64,000 nt of DNA, taken from contig OZ024740.1 of the NCBI GenBank assembly GCA_964016885.1, positions 351,168,001 through 351,232,000 of the forward strand. The letters run 5' to 3'. Below the pieces are notes generated by a model that was not told the DNA's origin, did no database searches, and worked only from the letters and a program-made list of their open reading frames with translations. The translations under genes and the position numbers were made by a program. Source of the stretch: Eledone cirrhosa. Lineage: Eukaryota. Shown piece after piece: positions 56,075 to 64,000 of the stretch; position 1 is the stretch's first letter, and every line of letters begins with the position of its first letter.

Positions 56075-56748
56075 GCTTTCACTGTATTTTTTTTACTAAA
56101 GAAATTTTAGCCTGATAGTGGGGTTTATAACCCTCAGAGAAATGGAAAAAGATGAGTATTGACGTACATCTCCTTCCATACAAATTAGAAGATACATTCT
56201 TAGCAAGTATGATGGCAAGTAACTAGGTTTTGAAACAGCGAGCAAGTTTGAAATTAGAAAATAGAAGCTTTCACCGTAATTTTTTGACTAAAGAAATTTT
56301 AGCCTGATAGTGGGGTTTATAACCCACAGAGAGTATTGACGAACCAACATCCTTGGTTATCCAGACCACTGTGCTACCATTACACCAACATATCACCCAT
56401 CTCCTTCCATTCAAATTAGAAGTTACATTCTTTGCAAATATGATGGCAAGTCAGTATGTTTTGAAACAGCGAGCAAGTTTGAAATTAGAAAATAGAAGCT
56501 TTCACCGTATTTTTTTGACTAAAGAAATTTTAGCCTGATAATGCCTGAAATTTTAGCTCAGAGAAATGGAAAAAGATGAGTATTGAAATACATGGGAGTC
56601 GAACCCACATCTTTGGTCACCCAGACCACTGTGCTACCATCACACCAACACATCACCCATCTCCTTCCATTCAAATTAGATGAAATACGGTGAAAGCTTC
56701 TATTTTCTAATTTCAAACTTGCTCGCTGTTTCAAAACATACTTACTTG
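56075..56748 (-). mobile_element. Tandem tRNA-headed repeat, three variably deleted units with a terminal inversion
   Basis: Unit starts at 56075, 56267 and 56498; 56684-56748 is inverted. Confidence 0.8.
56584..56655 (-). pseudogene. tRNA-like (tRNA-Gln-related) SINE head
   Basis: gatgtgt tg gtgt-gatggta-gcac a gtggt-ctgggtg-accaa agat gtggg-ttcgact-cccat gtatttc: A and B boxes, D and T stems intact, acceptor stem imperfect. Confidence 0.7.
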
Positions 56749-56768
56749 ATATATATATATATAAATAT

Positions 56769-56895
<127 letters not shown>

Positions 56896-57063
56896 CATAT
56901 ATATATAAATATATATATGCATATACATATATAGAGATATGTATACATATATATATATACATATGTATATATATACATATATATATATATATACACATAT
57001 ATATATAAATATATATATACATATACATATATATAGATATGTATACATATATATATACATATG

Positions 57064-57110
<47 letters not shown>

Positions 57111-57114
<4 letters not shown>

Positions 57115-57779
57115 TTGCGAGGTTTTTTATATGAAATCGTGTGTCGAAACAGATATTGTTATATTTGGGGAGGGTCATATTTGCGTAATATTGCCAGAAT
57201 TAATAACAGAACACACTCACTGTTTGGTTGGTTTTCGCTTCTCGCTGTCTTTTATATATATATATCTGCGATCTAACTTACTCGGTCCTCAATGTTGCCA
57301 TTGACTGACCGGCGGTCAAAAATAAAATAATACAGATACAATATAGACAAACACATATATATATAGTTTACATAAATCTTTCGTTGCACATCTGCAACAT
57401 CGTCAGTGGTGTTATATTCATTGTTCCTCCTGTTGTGTTGTATGTCTACGCCATTTTTTTTTGTTCAGGACTGAACAAAAAAAAAATGGCGTAGACATAC
57501 AACACAACAGGAGGAACAATGAATATAACACCACTGACGATGTTGCAGATGTGCAACGAAAGATTTATGTAAACTATATATATATGTGTTTGTCTATATT
57601 GTATCTGTATTATTTTATTTTTGACCGCCGGTCAGTCAATGGCAACATTGAGGACCGAGTAAGTTAGATCGCAGATATATATATATAAAAGACAGCGAGA
57701 AGCGAAAACCAACCAAACAGTGAGTGTGTTCTGTTATTAATTCTGGCAATATTACGCAAATATGACCCTCCCCAAATAT

Positions 57780-57787
<8 letters not shown>
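57111..57787. mobile_element. Pseudo-LTR fold-back: near-perfect palindrome (316/317-bp arms) within (TA)n
   Basis: 57153-57468 is inverted at 57471-57787 with a 2-nt loop; the left arm has 42 extra terminal nt; CTGACGA t gttgca-gatg-tgcaac GAAA occurs in each arm. Confidence 0.88.
57528..57572 (+). ncRNA. Hammerhead-like motif with poor stems I and III (mirror copy at 57368-57412, minus)
   Basis: CTGACGA t gttgca-gatg-tgcaac GAAA gatt TA tg. Confidence 0.55.
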
Positions 57788-57826
<39 letters not shown>

Positions 57827-57880
57827 TATACCTATATATATATACATACATATATATATACATGCATATATATACATACA

Positions 57881-57945
<65 letters not shown>

Positions 57946-58274
57946 GGTGGCTGCCAACTCGTTTTCGAGTACGGCCACTACTTTATATCCATGTAGGAGA
58001 ACCCCTACCGATGCGCTGAACAAGTGTAACTTTTTAGTCCAGCCAGCGACTTGAAAACTCTGGTACAAACACTACACTTGTGACAATTATTGATACATAG
58101 TGCTGGGCCCATGGTACCATGTGACAACAAGTGCAGAGAGCTCTCCAGATATAACGCAATTCCTGTGCCGTGAAGCTTTTATAGTGAGCAAAGGCACTGC
58201 ACAAAGCCAGTCCCACTCTCTTAACTAAGATGATATTTACCAAAAAGAAGAACAAGTCAACATCATTAGATACC

Positions 58275-58550
58275 ATCAGGGTTGCAGGTGTTATATCAGA
58301 GTTTTCCTTCTCCTAGAATTCTGCCTTGACAAAGGCTAAGGGGTCATCTCTCCCGGTGATTTTGGATGGCCATTGACTCTTAAGAGCTCCTTTGCCCTTT
58401 GACAGGTTTTGTTTTTAGTCCTGCAGGATGTCCAAAGTCACCCTCCTCACCAAGAAACCTTGGTGGGGTTGCCAGTTTAGTCGCCAACGACCCGACCATG
58501 GGACAGGTTGTACTGGGATACATGTTACCAGTAGCACCAACTGGTGACCT
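58275..58550 (-). mobile_element. RTE-like LINE 5' region or derived SINE
   Basis: gagttttccttctcctag..caaaggcta motif typical of RTE 5' regions (from recall); related piece at 50515-50610. Confidence 0.5.
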
Positions 58551-58855
58551 GACATACATATATATATATACATACATATATATATATATATACATACATA
58601 TAAATGAGAGGTATAGAGATTGTTTTAGCGAGAAGCTAACAGCATTCTATAACATATATGCGACTATAACGTCAAGATGGGAAAAGTAGTTAACGTAAGA
58701 TTTAGGAAAAATAATTCAAACTCATCTCAAAAGAGAATCAGGATACAAATTCATCCACAGAAGTTAGTGCAATCCAGGGAAAAATCAATAGACCTTTAAC
58801 TTATGATAAAATAAAGTTTAAAACACTTATCCTTCAATTTGGAATAACATCAAAT

Positions 58856-58936
58856 GCTCTGTATAGTCTTAAAAGACTATTTCATGAAAACTTTCAGTGG
58901 AGATGGTCACGGTTGGATTTTATTCATCAGCAGAGC
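58856..58936 (-). ncRNA. Type I hammerhead ribozyme with a full 6-bp stem III
   Basis: Minus strand: gctctg CTGATGA ataaaa...ttttcat GAAA tagtct-ttta-agacta TA cagagc. Confidence 0.85.
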
Positions 58937-59123
58937 TCAACAGAAAACCAGGGCTCTCACAGTATTATAGTATATATATATATATATATACATATATATA
59001 CATACATATATATATATATACATATATATACATATATATACATATATATATATATATACATACACATGCACCCACCCAAGCACAGAACCCCCCCCCCCCC
59101 CCCACACACACACACACACAAAC

Positions 59124-59280
59124 TCAGAAGATCCCGTTAAGGGTGAAAGCAGCGATTCTCTGCTTAAACTTTAATCTGTTATTTTAATAATTTTTTGCTC
59201 TACGGTTCTTATATATTTGATATATATTTATCCTTATCGAGCCCTCTTTGGATTTTAGTCTTCAAGTTTATTATTATTAC

Positions 59281-59282
<2 letters not shown>
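59124..59282 (+). mobile_element. Solo pseudo-LTR fragment starting at the hammerhead core (family of 45033)
   Basis: t CAGAAGA tccc-gttaa-gggt GAAA gcag-cgattct-ctgc TT aaact... matches 45037-45195. Confidence 0.85.
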
Positions 59283-59311
<29 letters not shown>

Positions 59312-60029
59312 ATGTGTGAGAGAGCATAACGTCATTAGCTGTCTGATGTGCAGGTGTTTAAGCTAAAATAATAAATGGATGATGTACTCCGCCGCCATTC
59401 AGGAAGCATTCACGACAGAGTTCGGTGATTGGTATCAGCAAGCAGTAATTCGTTGATCACATCGCTATTGCATTTCGTGAACGTAGCTGTATTGCCAGTC
59501 GTACATTTAAGTGTATAATTCAAAGCAAACAAACGCACGCACATAAACAGCAATAACCATATAAATATACCTGCGCGAGATTAGCCTTCGAAAACTCGAA
59601 CACATAAATAACATTTTTATTGAACTCACACGTTTTTTAAAAAAGAAAATCTACGTTCATCCCCCAAAACAGCAACGTCTACAAAAATCACAGTAAAAAA
59701 ACCACAACAACCAACATAAATCAAATATTTCCTTCAAAGTTTTTCGTGTCTTGTATGACAAGATTTGTTATAAATTAGTTACCTTGATTTTAGGAGAATA
59801 AAAAAAAGAAAAAAAAAGAAAAACAAACAATCAAAAAAACAACAACCCAACAAAGAGCAGAACAAAACGAATAAACACGCAAAACATTGAAATATTTTTT
59901 CAAATATTTTTTTTGCCAACCTTTCTTTACAAATGGAAAGATAAAAGGAGTCTTTTTGACTAAATATGAGTTCTTTATTTGACAACTCACCTCTTGCGTT
60001 TGTGTGTAAATTGATTATTATATCTCAGC

Positions 60030-60230
60030 TTAGGCACATGATTCAGTGGTTAGCTTGTTCGGTTTACGATTAAATTTCTAGGCCGGTCGTTGAGTTGTGT
60101 TCTTGGGGAAGGTACATCGTTTCCTGTTGTTTCAGTTTACTTGGCTGAAAAAAATAAAAAGAAGTTGCGACGATACTGGTGCCAAGCTGTGTTGACCTTT
60201 GTATTTTCCTTGGTAACCACGGTGACATGG
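60030..60230 (+). mobile_element. Degenerate tRNA-derived CORE-like SINE
   Basis: ggcacatgattcagtggttagc..gttgtgttcttggggaagg..ttcagtttacttggctgaaaa. Confidence 0.6.
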
Positions 60231-61422
60231 AGACAGGAGACTAGCATGCATAAGTAACTGCTGGTCTTCCACACAAAAATAACAAGCACTTTGCTCTGGT
60301 TGGAGCTTTGGAGAGTATAATTTTCAGGTGCAAACTCGTAGTCAGGGCCTTTATAAAATATCAATTTCTGAAATACATTTGCTTCTTTGTTTACCTAATA
60401 TAAGAAACAATGAATTAACAATTAATTTGAATATAAAATGTTGACCATTTAAGAACAAAGTAAATTTCATAATTGATTACAGTTTTCTCATCCTATTATA
60501 CCTCACTTGCGAAGAAAAACAACACCAATGTAAAGCTGTAAATACGAATTTGAAAAATAAATGCTCTGAACCGTTTTACATTTAATTCATCAAATGAATG
60601 CAGGCATAGTTATGTGATTACCAAATCTATTTTGTAAGCATGTGGATCATGGTTTGATCTTACTGTGTGGAACTTTAGGAAAATCACTGGTTGATTAATG
60701 TTGTATGAATGGGATCTTGTCTGTATCGATGTACAAACAGATACACGTTGCCATTCTCACCGTCGCAAATGAAATGAACCATTGAATGTCCCGTTCAAAA
60801 ACCGGTAATCTACGACGCTATTTTTGACCATTTGCGACATAAAATTGAAAAAAAAACAAAGAAATAAATCTACAAAATTTATTAATCAATAAACTACTAT
60901 TTTCTGGCATTCATATATCTAACAAACAAAACAAGATGCCTCTAGTTATAGACATTTTATTGTGATAATTTTCTCGAAAATGTCATACAAATTAATTATG
61001 CTAGGAACAGGTGTTGAGAAGAACTTACACACATTTAATTTCCTTTAACTTTTATCACTCTGAACAAACTACTTATAAAGTTTGCAATCAGAAGTACGCA
61101 TGAAAAAGAAAATACTGAAATAAACTCTAGAAAGAAAATACAAAACTTTCTCTCCCGCCTCTCTCTCATATGCATATATGATATACACGTGTAAGGTGAT
61201 CGGCTATCAAGTTCATTAGAGCGTCGGCTAGAATGCAGTGCGATTTTTGTCCCGGTTCTCTTTACCCTTCATTCTTTCGGCGTGTATAAGGAACGACCAG
61301 CACAGTGATAATGCAGCCTTCTCTCATTATCACTGTCACATTATGGATATTCATAGGTGACAGATGTGAAAATTTATCTGTGTCTGCTAGTGTTTATATG
61401 TATTCAAGCCATCCTCGAGTGG

Positions 61423-61527
61423 TGGGAAGTAGTTTTTATGTATGTATGATTGTATGTATATATATATATATATATATATACAATCATACATACATAAAAA
61501 CTACTTCCCATGTGATACAAGTTACCA
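61423..61527. repeat. Palindrome plus a 20-nt inverted PLE snippet at the PLE 5' junction
   Basis: 61423-61510 is palindromic around (TA)n; 61508-61527 is the reverse complement of 61667-61686. Confidence 0.85.
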
Positions 61528-61564
61528 TATGTATGTATATATATATATATATATATATACATAC

Positions 61565-63758
61565 AATCAAATTTAAGAAGTATAAATCTGTCTTTCAAAA
61601 GGACCTTGATTCTACCCTATTGGACCTAAAAAAGTCTAAAAAAATCCATGTCCACTCGGACAAAACTGGTAACTTGTATCACATGGATATTGAAGATTAT
61701 AATGAGTTCATATATAAAGAACTCAGGAAAAATTATAAAAAAATCTAATAATGCGTCACTCACCAACATCAACAACAAAACACACAACATAGTAAAAAAA
61801 CTAAACATTGAAGATAGAACTGAACCTTTGGCATTGAAAAGACCACACTTCAACCTGAAGGATCATAAATCAAACTTTAACTCAAATCCTTCTATAAGAC
61901 TTATATGTCCCTCCAAATCTGATATTGGAATAATTAGCAAAAAAATTTTGGATAGAGTCATCCCACAACTAAGAAAACACGTTAATTTACCACTCTGGGA
62001 AAACACTTCCCAGGTAATTAACTGGTTTAAAAATATTAGATGTAAATCTTCTGCTTCATTTCTACAATTTGATATAGATAATTACTATTCTTCTATATCA
62101 CCTATACTCCTGAACAAAGCATTGATATTTGCTAAAAATAGATCTAACTTAACTTTGGATGACATTAATATTATTACACATGCTAGACTAACACTTATTG
62201 AATTTCAGAATGAATACTGGACCAGAAACACATATAGTAATCTATTTGATATTACTATGGGTTCAAGCGATTCCGCCCAAATTACTGATCTTGTGGGCCT
62301 CTTTCTCCTTTTCAACATAAATGCCTCCTTTCCCCACCTTAAAGGTGGTTTATATCGTGATGACTGTCTTCTTCTTTCCAACAACCTTAGCCTTTCAGAA
62401 ATAGAAAAAAACAAAAAGCATATTAGAACTTTCCTTAAAGACTATTATAGTCTTCATATTACTTTTGAAAAAACAAGTAAAGTAGTAAATTTCCTAGATA
62501 TAACTTTAGACTTAGCTACGGGTATCTACCAACCTTACCATAAACCCAACCAAAACTTACACTACATACACTCACAATCTAATCACCCTAAATCATCCTT
62601 AAAAACCTTGCATATAATATATCACTTAGAATTTCTAACCTTTCTTCTAACCAAGATGTATTTGATAAAAATGCGACCTTCTATAATGAAGCTCTAGATA
62701 GAAGTGGCCAAAAAAATAGATTAGAATATATACCTTCTACTAAAAATAAAAATACTATAAACATACAACCTAATATTACCAACAAACACCAAATGAAAAG
62801 TACACACCTAAATGCCATCCACACTATACCCCAAAATACCAACAACTCTTCTAATATAAAGTATAGTAACTCTCAAAAAACTACTCATCATACAACTCTA
62901 ATAAATGTTAATAATAAAACTCCTAATAAACAAGATAAAACACCTAAATCTATAAATCTAACTAAAAATGTGCGTGCTGAGATCATTAACATTAATCCTC
63001 CTAGTAAACATCACGATACAACCTATAAAAATAATAAACAACATAGAAACCGTAATAGACGAGTTACTTGGTATAATGCTCCATTTAATTTACAAATTAA
63101 GGATAATATTGCTAAAAAAATTTTTTATATTCTAGAGAAAAACTTCCCGCCAAACCACAAATACCATCAAATCTTAAATAGGTCTACAGTTAAATTCTCA
63201 TACTCAACAACCAATAACATAAAACAAAATATAAGTGCCTATAATGCATATAAATGTAAGAATACCATAAGTATACCACCAATACATCAAACTAACCATA
63301 ATATCTCCTCAAATACAGAATTAACGAAAGGTTGTAACTGTAGAAACAAAGCAAACTGCCCATTAAAAAGAAATTGTCTTGTTAACAACATAGTTTATAA
63401 ATGTAATGTTAAAACTAAAGATTCTATTTGCTCATATATAGGAGCTACTTCTAACAATTTTAAGGTAAGGTTTAATACCCACAAACATAGTTTTAAAAAT
63501 GCCGCACTGGCTAATACAACATCTCTAGCAGAAAAAATCAATAGTTATAAAAATAAGAATATAGAATATGATATGACCTGGAGTGTGCTCAAAAGAGCCA
63601 CCCCTTATCAAAATAATAGAAATGAATGTAGATTATGTTCCCAAGAACTATTTGAAATAATGAAATCTAAGGATATCCTATTAAATAAACGACAGGAATT
63701 AATTATATCGTGTAATCATAAACTAAGAAAAACATTTAAATATTATAAACCTAATTAA
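61565..63758 (+). pseudogene. PLE RT-GIY-YIG polyprotein, 5'-truncated, with two single-base frameshifts
   Basis: Reading is continuous if A7 at ~61737-61743 loses one A and the A-run at ~62601-62605 gains one; I saw no in-frame stops. Confidence 0.85.
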
Positions 63759-64000
63759 TAACATTATTTTAGATATTAATATATAATTTAATATAAATGT
63801 TAGTTAACCTATAAATTTAATTTAATTAAAATTCTACTACAGATGAGATTATAAAATATTGTGTAATCATAAATTGTGAATAACTTTTAAATATTACTAA
63901 TATATACTTTGTAAATTAATTTATAGATTAATTTTAATTTATTTAACCTTTTATTAAAATTCCTTTACAGATAAAATATAACAAAATATCGTGTATTCAA
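61565..64000 (+). mobile_element. Young 5'-truncated Penelope-like retroelement (RT plus GIY-YIG), running off the window
   Basis: SDKTGNLY, LKDHK, RLICPSKSDIG, FDIDNYYSSI, ITMGSSDS, GGLYRDD, NFLDITL, CNCRNKANCPL, IVY..YIG, CRLC, CNH. Confidence 0.95.

Larger units (their letters stand above)
52644..56765. repeat. Local direct duplication: 52644-54035 and 55144-56765
   Basis: Collinear high similarity (e.g. 52850-53520 vs 55390-56080), separated by a unique spacer 54036-55143. Confidence 0.92.

Noticed and set aside
60137-60368. Possible host exon on the minus strand after tttcag (KLIFYKGPDYEFAPENY...)
   Set aside because: Weak polypyrimidine tract, no recognisable domain, and the frame runs into a SINE; needs RNA-seq

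Overview
AT-rich, microsatellite-dense eukaryotic DNA, most likely intronic or intergenic sequence from an octopus or other cephalopod (inferred from the SINE types and the (TA)n/(CA)n/(GAA)n load). I can support no host protein-coding gene; most ORFs in the supplied track are microsatellite artefacts. The window is a mosaic of mobile DNA: Penelope-like elements (PLEs; RT plus C-terminal GIY-YIG, two long copies and several fragments), Helitron remnants, R4/Dong-like and RTE LINE fragments, and tRNA-derived SINEs. Reading both strands by eye gives about 15 complete or near-complete type I hammerhead ribozyme (HHR) motifs from many unrelated PLE pseudo-LTR families, several with non-canonical cores or very long stem II. 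About a dozen insertions share one architecture: element 3' end, 5' truncation, then an inverted fold-back copy, usually inside (TA)n. Several truncation or fold-back points lie at or inside the HHR. A tandemly repeated tRNA-Gln-like-headed unit shows the same fold-back signature. All structures were folded by eye and none has been tested for activity. Boundaries of degenerate elements are approximate.
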